DNA from: Escherichia coli
GTDB lineage: Bacteria; Pseudomonadota; Gammaproteobacteria; Enterobacterales; Enterobacteriaceae
Length of the DNA: 64,000 bases
Reading direction: 5' to 3' (one strand)
Assembly (NCBI RefSeq): GCF_036507355.1
Contig: NZ_AP027877.1
A program made the position numbers and the translations under genes. The notes under the pieces were generated by a model. It ran no database searches. It was not told the origin of the DNA and worked only from the letters and a program-made list of their open reading frames with translations. Of this stretch, positions 1-11,783 are shown piece by piece; the stretch's first letter is position 1; every line of letters starts with the position of its first letter.

Positions 1-1
1 G

Positions 2-193
<192 letters not shown>

Positions 194-589
194 CCCCTTC
201 TTATCGTGCCGGAATACATCCCATATTTCGGCACGCTCACCGGATGCGGCATCAGTGCATTATCCGGATAACAATATTCTCCTATCCAACTTTGGCACAT
301 CTATTGCTTTGTTATACAAGGCAAAGCTTTAACCAGCATCAGTACAACCCGGTTGCACCACAGCAATCCGCCGGTAGCACCAAAAGAGTGCATTTTAAGA
401 ATTTTGCTTCGGAATGGTGCGGTGCACTTCGCAAAAACAAACAATAAAACATCAATATCTTTACATTTAGCCAAACTAAATGTTACCTAACAGTCACAAC
501 ACTGCACAATAAAGTTGCAGACGATAACAACACAAACACTCACAACGGGTATCCATGCGTTCTTAACGCAGAAGATAAAGGAGTTGGAT

Positions 590-1498
590 ATGCAATTACG
601 TAAACCTGCCACAGCAATCCTAGCCCTTGCGCTTTCCGCAGGACTGGCACAGGCAGATGACGCCGCCCCGGCAGCGGGCAGTACGCTGGACAAAATCGCC
701 AAAAACGGCGTGATTGTCGTCGGTCACCGTGAATCTTCAGTACCTTTCTCTTATTACGACAATCAGCAAAAAGTGGTGGGTTATTCGCAGGATTACTCCA
801 ACGCCATTGTTGAAGCAGTGAAAAAGAAACTCAACAAACCGGACTTGCAGGTGAAATTGATTCCGATCACCTCACAAAACCGTATTCCTCTTCTGCAAAA
901 CGGCACTTTCGATTTTGAATGTGGTTCTACCACCAACAACGTCGAACGCCAAAAACAGGCGGCTTTCTCTGACACTATTTTCGTGGTCGGTACGCGCCTG
1001 TTGACCAAAAAGGGCGGCGATATCAAAGATTTTGCCGACCTGAAAGGCAAAGCCGTAGTCGTCACTTCCGGCACTACCTCTGAAGTTTTGCTCAACAAAC
1101 TGAATGAAGAGCAAAAAATGAATATGCGCATCATCAGCGCCAAAGATCACGGTGACTCTTTCCGTACCCTGGAAAGCGGTCGTGCCGTTGCCTTTATGAT
1201 GGATGATGCTCTGCTGGCCGGTGAACGTGCGAAAGCGAAGAAACCAGACAACTGGGATATCGTCGGCAAGCCGCAGTCTCAGGAAGCCTACGGTTGCATG
1301 TTGCGTAAAGACGATCCGCAGTTCAAAAAGCTGATGGATGACACTATCGCTCAGGTGCAGACCTCCGGCGAAGCGGAAAAATGGTTTGATAAATGGTTCA
1401 AAAATCCCATTCCGCCGAAAAACCTGAACATGAATTTCGAACTGTCAGACGAAATGAAAGCACTGTTCAAAGAACCGAATGACAAGGCACTGAACTAA
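590..1498 (+). CDS. gltI: glutamate/aspartate ABC transporter periplasmic binding protein
   Basis: ORF 515..1498; start refined to ATG at 590 preceded by AAGGAG; N-terminal signal peptide MQLRKPATAILALALSAGLAQA; 302 aa. Confidence 0.92.
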   Translation: MQLRKPATAILALALSAGLAQADDAAPAAGSTLDKIAKNGVIVVGHRESSVPFSYYDNQQKVVGYSQDYSNAIVEAVKKKLNKPDLQVKLIPITSQNRIPLLQNGTFDFECGSTTNNVERQKQAAFSDTIFVVGTRLLTKKGGDIKDFADLKGKAVVVTSGTTSEVLLNKLNEEQKMNMRIISAKDHGDSFRTLESGRAVAFMMDDALLAGERAKAKKPDNWDIVGKPQSQEAYGCMLRKDDPQFKKLMDDTIAQVQTSGEAEKWFDKWFKNPIPPKNLNMNFELSDEMKALFKEPNDKALN

Positions 1499-1620
1499 TT
1501 ACAAGAACCAGGGGCGGAAATTCTAGCCCTCTCGATTGTTACGTAGCACGGACAGACTATACGCCTGATGGTCGTTCCCCATCGGGCCTGAAAACCGCAA
1601 TACGCTGGGTAACAATCTTC

Positions 1621-1655
1621 GAGGGTAGCAGTTAACGCTGCTACCCTCTTTTTTC
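1621..1655 (+). terminator. GC-rich hairpin plus T-run between gltI and gltJ (terminator/attenuator)
   Basis: gagggtagcagttaacgctgctaccctc followed by ttttttc. Confidence 0.6.
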
Positions 1656-1667
1656 TGGAGTAGATTT

Positions 1668-2408
1668 ATGTCTATAGACTGGAACTGGGGTATTTTTTTA
1701 CAACAAGCCCCGTTCGGCAACACCACCTATCTTGGTTGGATCTGGAGTGGTTTTCAGGTGACGATCGCTTTGTCGATCTGCGCCTGGATTATCGCTTTCC
1801 TCGTCGGTTCATTTTTCGGCATTTTACGTACCGTTCCAAACCGTTTTCTATCCGGTCTGGGTACGTTGTATGTCGAACTGTTCCGCAACGTGCCGTTGAT
1901 TGTGCAATTCTTTACCTGGTATCTGGTGATCCCGGAGCTGCTGCCGGAGAAAATCGGCATGTGGTTTAAGGCCGAGCTGGATCCCAATATTCAGTTTTTC
2001 CTTTCATCCATGCTCTGCCTGGGGCTGTTTACTGCGGCTCGCGTTTGCGAACAGGTACGCGCCGCGATTCAGTCGCTGCCGCGCGGGCAAAAAAATGCCG
2101 CGCTGGCGATGGGGCTGACGCTGCCGCAGGCTTACCGCTATGTACTGTTGCCTAATGCTTATCGCGTTATCGTCCCGCCGATGACTTCCGAGATGATGAA
2201 CCTGGTGAAAAACTCCGCCATCGCCTCGACTATCGGTCTGGTGGATATGGCGGCGCAGGCGGGTAAATTGCTCGATTACTCGGCCCACGCCTGGGAGTCG
2301 TTTACCGCCATTACGCTAGCGTATGTGTTGATTAACGCTTTTATCATGCTGGTGATGACGCTGGTTGAACGTAAAGTTCGCCTGCCCGGCAACATGGGGG
2401 GCAAATAA
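1668..2408 (+). CDS. gltJ: glutamate/aspartate ABC transporter permease
   Basis: 246 aa ORF, multiple hydrophobic helices, immediately follows gltI. Confidence 0.92.
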
Positions 2409-3082
2409 TGTACGAGTTTGACTGGAGTTCTATTGTCCCTTCCCTGCCGTATCTGCTGGATGGGCTGGTGATCACCCTGAAAATCACCGTCACGGCAGTC
2501 GTGATTGGTATTTTGTGGGGCACCATGCTGGCGGTGATGCGCTTGTCCAGCTTTGCGCCCGTAGCGTGGTTTGCCAAAGCCTACGTTAACGTATTCCGCT
2601 CGATTCCTTTAGTTATGGTTTTGCTGTGGTTTTACCTGATCGTGCCGGGTTTTCTGCAAAACGTGCTGGGATTATCACCAAAAAATGATATCCGTTTAAT
2701 TTCGGCGATGGTGGCGTTTTCGATGTTTGAAGCGGCCTACTATTCAGAGATTATCCGTGCTGGTATTCAAAGTATTTCTCGTGGTCAGTCGAGCGCCGCG
2801 CTGGCGTTGGGAATGACTCACTGGCAGTCGATGAAACTGATTATTCTGCCGCAGGCGTTCCGCGCGATGGTGCCGCTGCTGCTTACTCAGGGCATCGTAC
2901 TGTTCCAGGATACCTCACTGGTGTATGTGTTATCTCTGGCCGATTTCTTCCGTACCGCCTCAACCATTGGTGAGCGTGATGGTACGCAGGTTGAGATGAT
3001 CCTGTTTGCCGGATTTGTTTATTTCGTTATTAGCCTTAGCGCGTCGTTGTTGGTCAGCTACTTGAAAAGAAGGACAGCATAA
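2408..3082 (+). CDS. gltK: glutamate/aspartate ABC transporter permease
   Basis: 224 aa ORF, start overlaps gltJ stop (ATGA-type coupling). Confidence 0.92.
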
Positions 3083-3807
3083 TGATTACCCTGAAAAATG
3101 TTTCAAAATGGTATGGTCACTTTCAGGTGCTGACCGACTGCTCAACCGAAGTGAAAAAAGGCGAAGTGGTGGTGGTTTGCGGCCCGTCTGGTTCCGGCAA
3201 ATCAACGCTGATTAAAACCGTCAACGGCCTCGAACCGGTGCAGCAAGGTGAAATCACCGTCGATGGTATCGTGGTTAACGACAAGAAAACCGATCTGGCA
3301 AAGCTGCGTTCCCGCGTCGGGATGGTATTCCAGCATTTCGAGCTGTTCCCTCATCTGTCGATTATCGAAAACCTGACCCTGGCGCAGGTGAAAGTGCTTA
3401 AACGCGATAAAGCACCCGCTCGTGAAAAAGCATTGAAATTGCTGGAGCGCGTGGGACTTTCCGCACATGCCAATAAATTTCCGGCACAGCTTTCCGGCGG
3501 TCAGCAGCAGCGTGTGGCGATCGCTCGCGCATTGTGTATGGATCCTATTGCCATGCTGTTCGACGAACCGACATCGGCGCTGGATCCGGAGATGATCAAC
3601 GAAGTGCTGGACGTAATGGTCGAACTGGCGAATGAAGGAATGACCATGATGGTGGTGACCCACGAAATGGGCTTTGCCCGTAAAGTGGCGAATCGGGTGA
3701 TCTTTATGGATGAGGGTAAAATTGTCGAAGACTCGCCGAAAGATGCGTTCTTCGATGATCCGAAATCGGACCGCGCAAAAGACTTCCTCGCGAAAATCCT
3801 GCATTAA
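3082..3807 (+). CDS. gltL: glutamate/aspartate ABC transporter ATP-binding protein
   Basis: 241 aa; Walker [13 protein letters not shown] signature LSGGQQQR, Walker [12 protein letters not shown]. Confidence 0.95.
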   Translation: MITLKNVSKWYGHFQVLTDCSTEVKKGEVVVVCGPSGSGKSTLIKTVNGLEPVQQGEITVDGIVVNDKKTDLAKLRSRVGMVFQHFELFPHLSIIENLTLAQVKVLKRDKAPAREKALKLLERVGLSAHANKFPAQLSGGQQQRVAIARALCMDPIAMLFDEPTSALDPEMINEVLDVMVELANEGMTMMVVTHEMGFARKVANRVIFMDEGKIVEDSPKDAFFDDPKSDRAKDFLAKILH

Positions 3808-3924
3808 TCACTCTGGCGCGCATCCCCAAGTGCGCGCCATCTCACGCTTTATCGTTTCGCCCCTCGTATCTGTTACATCCTGGCGTTACCCTTGCCGCAA
3901 AGAAGCACACAACAAGGAGCAACA

Positions 3925-4860
3925 ATGGCACTGCCAATTCTGTTAGATTGCGACCCAGGTCATGATGACGCTATCGCAATAGTTCTCGCCCTCGCCTCAC
4001 CAGAGCTTGATGTCAAAGCAATTACGTCTTCCGCCGGAAACCAGACACCAGAAAAAACCTTACGCAATGTTCTGCGTATGCTGACCTTGCTTAATCGCAC
4101 CGATATTCCGGTAGCCGGCGGCGCAGTAAAACCGTTAATACGTGAGTTGATTATCGCGGACAATGTGCACGGCGAAAGCGGTCTCGACGGCCCGGCATTA
4201 CCGGAACCGGCGTTCGCACCGCAAAACTGTACGGCCGTAGAGCTAATGGCGAAAACGCTGCGTGAAAGTGCGGAACCTGTCACGATTGTGTCTACCGGAC
4301 CGCAAACTAACGTTGCCTTGCTGCTCAATAGCCATCCGGAACTGCATAGCAAAATTGCCCGTATCGTGATTATGGGTGGCGCTATGGGGCTGGGTAACTG
4401 GACGCCTGCGGCTGAATTTAATATTTACGTTGACCCGGAAGCGGCAGAAATTGTCTTCCAGTCAGGGATCCCGGTGGTGATGGCCGGTCTGGATGTTACT
4501 CACAAAGCACAAATCCACGTTGAAGACACTGAGCGTTTCCGCGCGATTGGCAACCCTGTTTCAACCATTGTTGCCGAACTGCTGGATTTCTTCCTCGAAT
4601 ATCATAAAGACGAAAAATGGGGCTTTGTCGGCGCACCGCTGCATGACCCATGCACCATCGCCTGGCTGTTGAAACCGGAGTTGTTTACCACTGTTGAGCG
4701 CTGGGTTGGCGTGGAAACACAAGGGAAATATACCCAGGGGATGACGGTTGTTGATTATTATTATCTGACTGGCAATAAACCGAATGCCACTGTAATGGTC
4801 GATGTTGATCGTCAGGGCTTTGTTGATTTACTGGCTGATCGTCTGAAATTTTACGCTTAA
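3925..4860 (+). CDS. rihA: pyrimidine-specific ribonucleoside hydrolase
   Basis: ORF 3892..4860; start refined to [16 protein letters not shown] (nucleoside hydrolase DxDxxxDD motif); 311 aa. Confidence 0.9.
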   Translation: MALPILLDCDPGHDDAIAIVLALASPELDVKAITSSAGNQTPEKTLRNVLRMLTLLNRTDIPVAGGAVKPLIRELIIADNVHGESGLDGPALPEPAFAPQNCTAVELMAKTLRESAEPVTIVSTGPQTNVALLLNSHPELHSKIARIVIMGGAMGLGNWTPAAEFNIYVDPEAAEIVFQSGIPVVMAGLDVTHKAQIHVEDTERFRAIGNPVSTIVAELLDFFLEYHKDEKWGFVGAPLHDPCTIAWLLKPELFTTVERWVGVETQGKYTQGMTVVDYYYLTGNKPNATVMVDVDRQGFVDLLADRLKFYA

Positions 4861-4943
4861 CACACGTCATTGATTAAGATCACCACGCGTTACCTGGGTG
4901 GTCTTAATCTGTTTATCTCTTTTTCTTTCAAGATATAAATGCA

Positions 4944-6614
4944 ATGGATAATGCAGAACTCGCCATTGGTATCGATCTCGGTACTACCAATAGTTTAATT
5001 GCCGTCTGGAAAGACGGTGCCGCGCAATTAATTCCAAATAAGTTCGGTGAATATTTAACACCATCCATAATTAGCATGGATGAAAATAATCATATTTTAG
5101 TCGGAAAACCGGCTGTATCACGGCGTACTTCGCATCCGGATAAAACGGCAGCGTTATTTAAACGTGCAATGGGCAGTAATACCAACTGGCGGTTAGGCAG
5201 CGACACATTTAACGCGCCAGAACTGTCCTCTTTGGTATTACGCTCATTAAAAGAAGATGCCGAAGAATTTCTGCAACGTCCGATTAAAGATGTGGTGATC
5301 TCTGTTCCGGCTTATTTCAGCGATGAACAACGCAAGCATACCCGTTTAGCAGCGGAGTTAGCCGGTTTAAATGCAGTTCGCCTGATTAATGAGCCAACGG
5401 CAGCTGCGATGGCGTATGGCCTACATACCCAACAAAATACCCGTTCGCTGGTGTTTGATCTCGGTGGCGGCACGTTTGACGTTACGGTGCTTGAGTACGC
5501 CACGCCGGTGATTGAAGTTCACGCCTCCGCTGGCGACAACTTCCTCGGTGGCGAAGATTTTACCCATATGCTGGTCGATGAGGTTTTAAAACGCGCGGAT
5601 GTCGCCAGGACCACGCTTAACGAGAGTGAACTGGCAGCCTTGTATGCCTGTGTGGAAGCGGCAAAATGTAGCAATCAATCGCTAATGCACATTCGCTGGC
5701 AGTACCAGGATGAAACGCGGGAATGCGAATTTTACGAGAACGAACTGGAAGATTTGTGGTTGCCGCTGCTCAATCGCTTGCGAGTGCCGATTGAACAGGC
5801 GTTGCGCGATGCGCGTCTGAAGCCGAGTCAAATCGACAGTCTGGTGCTGGTTGGCGGCGCGTCACAAATGCCGCTGGTGCAGCGAATCGCCGTGCGTCTG
5901 TTTGGCAAATTACCGTATCAAAGTTACGATCCGAGCACCATTGTCGCGCTGGGCGCAGCAATCCAGGCAGCCTGCCGCTTACGCAGTGAAGATATTGAAG
6001 AAGTGATCCTCACTGATATTTGCCCTTACTCGTTGGGCGTTGAGGTTAACCGTCAGGGCGTTTCCGGCATTTTCTCGCCGATTATTGAACGAAACACCAC
6101 TGTGCCCGTGTCGCGTGTAGAAACTTATTCAACCATGCACCCGGAACAGGATTCAATTACGGTTAACGTCTATCAGGGAGAAAACCACAAAGTTAAAAAC
6201 AACATTCTGGTGGAATCCTTCGATGTGCCGTTGAAGAAAACCGGGGCTTATCAGTCGATTGATATTCGCTTTAGTTATGATATCAACGGGTTGCTTGAAG
6301 TTGACGTGCTTCTGGAAGACGGCAGCGTTAAGTCCAGAGTGATTAACCACAGCCCGGTAACATTGAGCGCGCAGCAGATTGAAGAGAGTCGGACGCGGTT
6401 ATCCGCATTGAAAATTTATCCGCGCGATATGCTCATCAACCGCACCTTTAAGGCCAAACTGGAAGAGTTGTGGGCGCGGGCGCTGGGTGACGAGCGAGAA
6501 GAGATTGGCCGGGTGATCACCGATTTTGATTCGGCGTTGCAGTCAAACGATATGGCCCGCGTCGATGAGGTCAGGCGGCGGGCGAGCGATTATTTAGCCA
6601 TTGAGATCCCATAA
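4944..6614 (+). CDS. hscC: Hsp70-family chaperone HscC (Hsc62)
   Basis: 556 aa; Hsp70 motifs IDLGTTNS and DLGGGTFD; AT-rich 5' end. Confidence 0.92.
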   Translation: MDNAELAIGIDLGTTNSLIAVWKDGAAQLIPNKFGEYLTPSIISMDENNHILVGKPAVSRRTSHPDKTAALFKRAMGSNTNWRLGSDTFNAPELSSLVLRSLKEDAEEFLQRPIKDVVISVPAYFSDEQRKHTRLAAELAGLNAVRLINEPTAAAMAYGLHTQQNTRSLVFDLGGGTFDVTVLEYATPVIEVHASAGDNFLGGEDFTHMLVDEVLKRADVARTTLNESELAALYACVEAAKCSNQSLMHIRWQYQDETRECEFYENELEDLWLPLLNRLRVPIEQALRDARLKPSQIDSLVLVGGASQMPLVQRIAVRLFGKLPYQSYDPSTIVALGAAIQAACRLRSEDIEEVILTDICPYSLGVEVNRQGVSGIFSPIIERNTTVPVSRVETYSTMHPEQDSITVNVYQGENHKVKNNILVESFDVPLKKTGAYQSIDIRFSYDINGLLEVDVLLEDGSVKSRVINHSPVTLSAQQIEESRTRLSALKIYPRDMLINRTFKAKLEELWARALGDEREEIGRVITDFDSALQSNDMARVDEVRRRASDYLAIEIP

Positions 6615-6620
6615 ACACGG

Positions 6621-6660
6621 CTGCCGGATGCGGCGTAAACGCTGCATCTGGCATCGGCGC
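6621..6660. repeat. REP-like palindromic element between convergent hscC and djlC
   Basis: gccggatgcggcgtaaacgc...ctggcatcggcgc resembles the REP consensus core. Confidence 0.45.
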
Positions 6661-6673
6661 AAAAAACACATCG

Positions 6674-8125
6674 TCAACTAAACAACATCGCGATTTTGCC
6701 GAGAGCATAACCTATCACCAGCACCGTTAAGCTGATTTTGATAATGCTGGTAATGCTCTGTGGTTTTTCATCCTCATCATTTTTTTCTTCATGGTTTTCA
6801 GGTGTTGGCTCATCGACATCTTCATCCTCCGGCTCGAGTTTCACTTTCGTCAACAGCATCCGGGTGATAATGGCCTCTAATGGATGAGCATCTCCACCTT
6901 CCAGCCTTGTATTAAGACGGGCCAGCATCTCTTGTTTCGGAAACGCTTCAAGTACTACCTGTTCCGCTACCCGATACAAATCCAGTAACGGTGAATCTTG
7001 CTCTGTCTCGCTACCGACCCTCGATTTCCACCACGCCCATGCTTTGCGTTTGAAGAATAACGACTCAATAAACGATTGACCTAACGGCGATAGTTTTCCG
7101 CTATGTAAAATTTCCGCCCATAACAGACGCGTCCGGGCGCTCTCACCAGGAACATATTTCAACGGTTTACCTTGCGCATCTACCATGCTCCGTGCTTCGA
7201 TAACCATCACTAATAACGCGAAATAATCCGGGCAATGTTGTGCGCTCCACTGCAACAACAAATTATCGGCTTGTGTAGATGGGTAACTTCCCCAGTACGC
7301 GCAGAGATCGGCAAGCAGGCTTTCCCCCTCGCCGCAGTACAAACGTTGTGCACACTGGTAATACCGGGCATCTTCGCTTTCTGGTTCTTCCGTTTGCCAC
7401 TGTTGGGCAACAGGAATGAGTTCCGCCATACCTGTTTGCACCGAGCTGTACCAGCGCAACAGTTTGCGATGCAACTTCGCATCATCAGGAATTAACCACG
7501 GACCTGCCAACGCCAAAAACGCAGTGACATAGTCAGGATGGTAACGACAGCAACGTTCCAGCGCGAAGTAATACTCAACAGTCTGGTTCTGCAACGCAAT
7601 GGGATATTCCAGAAGGCTAAGGAAATCGAAACAATCACCAGCCTGAATGGCCTCAAGAAAAGCCTCCCTTTCTTCCTCATCCATTCCTACGCTGTCATTA
7701 AACGAATGCCAGTTCAAACGCTCTGCCAGCAAAGAAGCACAATTTAATGAAAGATATCGCGCTTCTATAGCGATTGCACACAGCGGCCAGCGTAATTGAT
7801 CGACATCCTCCATGTTCCAGGTATTTAATTGCTGAATAAATTTCTGCCAGGCGGAAGGCTGAAAACGATCACTTTCTGAATCCAGTAATGTCCTGAATGC
7901 ACGAAGTATTTCATGTTCAGCGGCGGCATCTTTTTCTTCATCATCTGCTTCCTCGACAGGATTTACCGCCAGTCGCAGCGCCTCTTCATAGGCCTGGCGT
8001 AATGCTTTAAACCCCTGCGGATCGGTTTCGGGATGACATAACGGTAAGCGAGCAAAATAAGCCTGGCGGATAATGTCTATTTGCGTCGTGCTTTCAATTT
8101 CGAGGATTTGCCAACATGTTTTCAT
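6674..8125 (-). CDS. djlC: J-domain co-chaperone of HscC with C-terminal membrane anchor
   Basis: 483 aa; N-terminal J-like region with [10 protein letters not shown]-terminal hydrophobic tail [18 protein letters not shown]; start overlaps ybeU stop by 4 bp. Confidence 0.88.
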   Translation of the reverse strand: MKTCWQILEIESTTQIDIIRQAYFARLPLCHPETDPQGFKALRQAYEEALRLAVNPVEEADDEEKDAAAEHEILRAFRTLLDSESDRFQPSAWQKFIQQLNTWNMEDVDQLRWPLCAIAIEARYLSLNCASLLAERLNWHSFNDSVGMDEEEREAFLEAIQAGDCFDFLSLLEYPIALQNQTVEYYFALERCCRYHPDYVTAFLALAGPWLIPDDAKLHRKLLRWYSSVQTGMAELIPVAQQWQTEEPESEDARYYQCAQRLYCGEGESLLADLCAYWGSYPSTQADNLLLQWSAQHCPDYFALLVMVIEARSMVDAQGKPLKYVPGESARTRLLWAEILHSGKLSPLGQSFIESLFFKRKAWAWWKSRVGSETEQDSPLLDLYRVAEQVVLEAFPKQEMLARLNTRLEGGDAHPLEAIITRMLLTKVKLEPEDEDVDEPTPENHEEKNDEDEKPQSITSIIKISLTVLVIGYALGKIAMLFS

Positions 8126-8829
8126 AGGTCGCTCACATCCTTAAGCGTTACCGGGCATTCAGGCTGGACAGTTAATGGTTGCCAGGGAAGCGTGGCATAG
8201 AAACGATCGCTTCCCGCTGCTAGCTCTTCGAACATATGACTCCTGGCGCTATCGTATTTGTACAGGGTTAGCGCCTCGCGTAGCGAAGTGTTGTCTTCGC
8301 ACTGAGAAGATTGCCAGTAGAGACGCCCTAGTGAATAGGCAGAAAAATAGTGCATCCAGCTGTGATAGTAATGGTGAGCTCGTACATAGACGCGCGATTG
8401 CAGCCATAAACTCTCGTCTTCCGTCAGCCACTTGTTGAGCACACCAACCCGTGATAAAAAACCCATCCGCACATAATCCCAGGCTTTGATTCCCCCTTCC
8501 CCACAACACATAGCGGTTTGGGCAACGAACTGGGTATAAATCAACCCTCTCTCCGAGCCACCAGCAATTAATGCTTTCCACTCTTCAGGGGAAGAGCGAT
8601 GCCATGTCAGATATAAGCCAGCTAAATCATTGGCATGACCATCATCAGTCATCTGATAAATAGTCTGAATTAAATCATCACGATTATTTATTCCCCAGGA
8701 TGATGAGAGATCGAATTCTTTTATCCCGGTATACATTTTTGGCGAGTCATGCGCGGGTTTGCAACCCTGATTAAGTATTTCCATGGGCGCAGAAAGCGCA
8801 AAAAGAAGATATTGTTCTTCCTTATTCAT
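8122..8829 (-). CDS. ybeU: DUF1266-like protein, function unknown
   Basis: 235 aa; paralogue of ybeR with shared motif [20 protein letters not shown]. Confidence 0.85.
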
Positions 8830-8930
8830 TTGTTAATAATCCCTTAAGTGCATTAACTGACTACTTTTTTATTATTGATGAGTATAAACTTGACGCTTTC
8901 AAAATAAAAAGAAAATCGAAACATTCACAC

Positions 8931-9485
8931 ATGAATAAAAAATTAATGTATATATTCGCAATTTTTATAGTTGCAGCAATTACCTGTATTAGCCAACCCA
9001 AGAAAACGACGTTGCGTGATAAAGCCATGGTGAATTATGCCTTTGATTATTTAAGCTCACCGGGCAGTCTTCCATTCACCACGGCAGCCACGGAGCTTTC
9101 CGCGATTCATGGTCACTCAACGTCGCAATATCGCCTTGGAGAATTTTATCTTCATGGTAGCGACGGTAAACCACTGGATTATACACAGGCGAGATACTGG
9201 TATGAGCAATCAGCGGAACAGGAAAATCCACGCGCGCAAAGTAAACTGGGGTGGATCTACCTCAAAGGTCTGGGGGTCAAACCCGACACCCGTAAAGCAA
9301 TTCTCTGGTATAAGGAAGCAGCTGAACAAGGGTATGCTCATGCTCAATATACTTTAGGTTTGATCTACAGAAATGGCTCAGGTATTAATGTTAACCATTA
9401 TGAATCTCAAAAATGGTTAAAACTGGCCGCCAAACAACATTACAAAAATGCGGAAAGATTACTTGCCGGGCTTCCCGCACATTAA
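8931..9485 (+). CDS. ybeT: Sel1-repeat (TPR-like) protein with N-terminal hydrophobic segment
   Basis: 184 aa; N-terminal [21 protein letters not shown]; Sel1-like repeats (AQ..LG..Y..G.GV); AT-rich coding sequence. Confidence 0.85.
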
Positions 9486-9494
9486 CGTCGACTG

Positions 9495-10922
9495 TCACCC
9501 GAACAGATGGAGTATTTTCCCTATCAAACCAGCAAAGATAAAAATATAGAAAATAATTTTAATGATGCCCAGACAGCCTGGCCCACCATCGTCAACGGGC
9601 ATTGGCTGCGGTTGCGGCTCCGGTTCAACAGTTTGCTTCTCGGTAAAATTCGCCGCCTGAATTAATAATCGACGAATAATTAATGCTTCCAGTGGACAAC
9701 GATTTTCTGCATCAAGACGGCTTACGATCGGCATTAATGATTCTTCTGTTGGTTGGCTGGCCTGCACTAATTGTTTGGCAACTAAATATAATGGCCATAA
9801 GGGATGTTCTGTATCACGCGTGAGTGAGATCCGCGGCTTACGTCCTTTGTGCAAAACCATCTCGACCAGTGAACGCCCCAGAGCAGAGAGTTTTTCATCG
9901 CTGAGTATTTCGTATAAATGAAAACGCGTACGGGCGCTGTCGCCGGGGATATAAAGTAGCGGTTTTCCCTGATCGTTAACCAGTTCACGAGCTTCAATCA
10001 TCATCACCACTAACGGGTAATAATCGACCCGATGCTGACGGCACCATTGCAATATTAAAGCATCCGCCTGGGTGGAGGGATACTCGCGCCAGTAGTCACA
10101 AAGTTCTGCCAGCAAGCTTTCGCCTTCTCCACAATAGACGCGTTGTGCGTATTCATAATAACGCGCATCTTCATTATCAGGTTCAGCTTCCCGCCACGAC
10201 CGGGCGTAATCCAGGAGTTCGGGAATTCCCAGGCGACCTGCGCTATACCAGCGGAGTAAATTTCTGTGCAGTTTTGCATCATCGGGGATAATCACTGCGC
10301 GATGTTGCGCTAAATACAATGTCAGCCATTCTGGATGCGATGACCAAATCCGAGCGAACATTTGGTAAAAATCGATGGTGTCATTTTGCACGGCAACGGG
10401 CAGATGCAGGATGGTCTGGAAGTTAAAAACATTCCCCTTCGCAATGGCATATAAAAAGGATTCCAGTTCTTCTTCGTCTATTTCCCCGACGTTTTCTTCC
10501 TGCAACCACCGCAATCTTTCTGCTAATAACACCACGCACTCGAAGGATAAATGGGCAGTGTTCATGGCTATTGTGCACAGCGACCAGCGTAATTCATCAA
10601 TCTCTTCCATCGAGCAATAATTTAATTGCTGAATGAATCGCTGCCAGGCGGAGGGCAGAAAACGTTCGCTATCAGAGGCAAGTAACGCACGAAAGGCGAG
10701 CAGAATTTCATGTTCTGCTACCTCATATTCTTCTGGTTGCCAAACAGATTTAGCAGGCGACTGCGCAATCCGTAGCGCCTCCTCATACGCCTGACGAAGT
10801 TGTTTAAAACCCTGCGGATCGGTTTCTGGATGAAAGGACGGTAACAGCGCCAGATAAGCGCGGCGGATAATATCGACGTCAGTCGTTTCCTCTATGTTGA
10901 GGATCTTCCAGCAATTTTTCAT
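9495..10922 (-). CDS. djlB: J-domain protein with C-terminal membrane anchor, paralogue of djlC
   Basis: 475 aa; N-terminus [23 protein letters not shown]...[10 protein letters not shown]-terminal hydrophobic tail; start overlaps ybeR stop by 4 bp. Confidence 0.88.
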   Translation of the reverse strand: MKNCWKILNIEETTDVDIIRRAYLALLPSFHPETDPQGFKQLRQAYEEALRIAQSPAKSVWQPEEYEVAEHEILLAFRALLASDSERFLPSAWQRFIQQLNYCSMEEIDELRWSLCTIAMNTAHLSFECVVLLAERLRWLQEENVGEIDEEELESFLYAIAKGNVFNFQTILHLPVAVQNDTIDFYQMFARIWSSHPEWLTLYLAQHRAVIIPDDAKLHRNLLRWYSAGRLGIPELLDYARSWREAEPDNEDARYYEYAQRVYCGEGESLLAELCDYWREYPSTQADALILQWCRQHRVDYYPLVVMMIEARELVNDQGKPLLYIPGDSARTRFHLYEILSDEKLSALGRSLVEMVLHKGRKPRISLTRDTEHPLWPLYLVAKQLVQASQPTEESLMPIVSRLDAENRCPLEALIIRRLLIQAANFTEKQTVEPEPQPQPMPVDDGGPGCLGIIKIIFYIFIFAGLIGKILHLFG

Positions 10923-11626
10923 AGGTCGCTCATATCCTTAAGCGTTTCCGGGCATGTGGGGTAGTCAGCCAGTGGTTGCCAGGGTAAGGTCGCGTAATAT
11001 GCATCGTCACTGGCAAATAATTGATAAAACATATCATTGCCGGAATCGTCGTATTCTTTACGCGCTAAGAATTCACGTAATAAAGGCAGATTATCATCTT
11101 CGGGAGACTGCCAATATTGCCGACCAAAGGTATAACCGGCAAAGTATTGCCGCCAGTTACTATAATAACGTAGAGCCCGTAGATGAATACGCGACTGGAT
11201 CCATAGACTTTCTTCTTCACTCAACCAGTTATTAAGTACGCCCATTCGACTTAAAAAACCCATCCGGACATAATCCCATGCTTTAATTCCTCCCTCACCA
11301 CAGCATTCGGCTGTGCTGGCGACAAATTGCGCATAAGCCTGACCTTGCTCATTTAATTCAGCAAGATAGTCACGCCATTCACATGGAGAATAACGAAACC
11401 AGCGGTGATAAAACCCTGCCAACCGAGCGGCATGACCGTTATCGATCATTCGGTGAATTGTGCGCAGCAGGTCATCACGGTCATCAATTCCCCAGGAGGA
11501 AGAAAGGTCAAAAAAGCATGTACCTAAATACATTTTGGGGGATGAATGCGAAGGTAAACAGCATTCATTGCGTATTTCCATCGGAGTGGAAAGTGCAAAC
11601 AATATTTTTTGCGACTCCATGTCCAT
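10919..11626 (-). CDS. ybeR: DUF1266-like protein, function unknown, paralogue of ybeU
   Basis: 235 aa; same [20 protein letters not shown] motif as ybeU. Confidence 0.85.
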   Translation of the reverse strand: MDMESQKILFALSTPMEIRNECCLPSHSSPKMYLGTCFFDLSSSWGIDDRDDLLRTIHRMIDNGHAARLAGFYHRWFRYSPCEWRDYLAELNEQGQAYAQFVASTAECCGEGGIKAWDYVRMGFLSRMGVLNNWLSEEESLWIQSRIHLRALRYYSNWRQYFAGYTFGRQYWQSPEDDNLPLLREFLARKEYDDSGNDMFYQLFASDDAYYATLPWQPLADYPTCPETLKDMSDL

Positions 11627-11783
11627 ATAATTTATCCTTAAACATTCATTTAATGAATGTAAACTACATTAGGAGGCTCATTTATTTATACTTTTCTGAC
11701 ACAACATAATACGCATAAAATAAGACTTACGCAAAAACGGAACACATAAAAATATAATATGTTTTATCTGCAACCATAAGGAA

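Noticed and set aside
244-447. 67-aa ORF in the lnt-gltI intergenic region
   Set aside because: Sits in the gltI promoter region, includes a REP-like palindrome (ccggatgcggc...ttatccgg), and has no ribosome-binding site or recognisable domain.
194-589. Possible insertion sequence between lnt and gltI
   Set aside because: The spacer is only 396 bp and contains no transposase frame; judged to be promoter DNA only.
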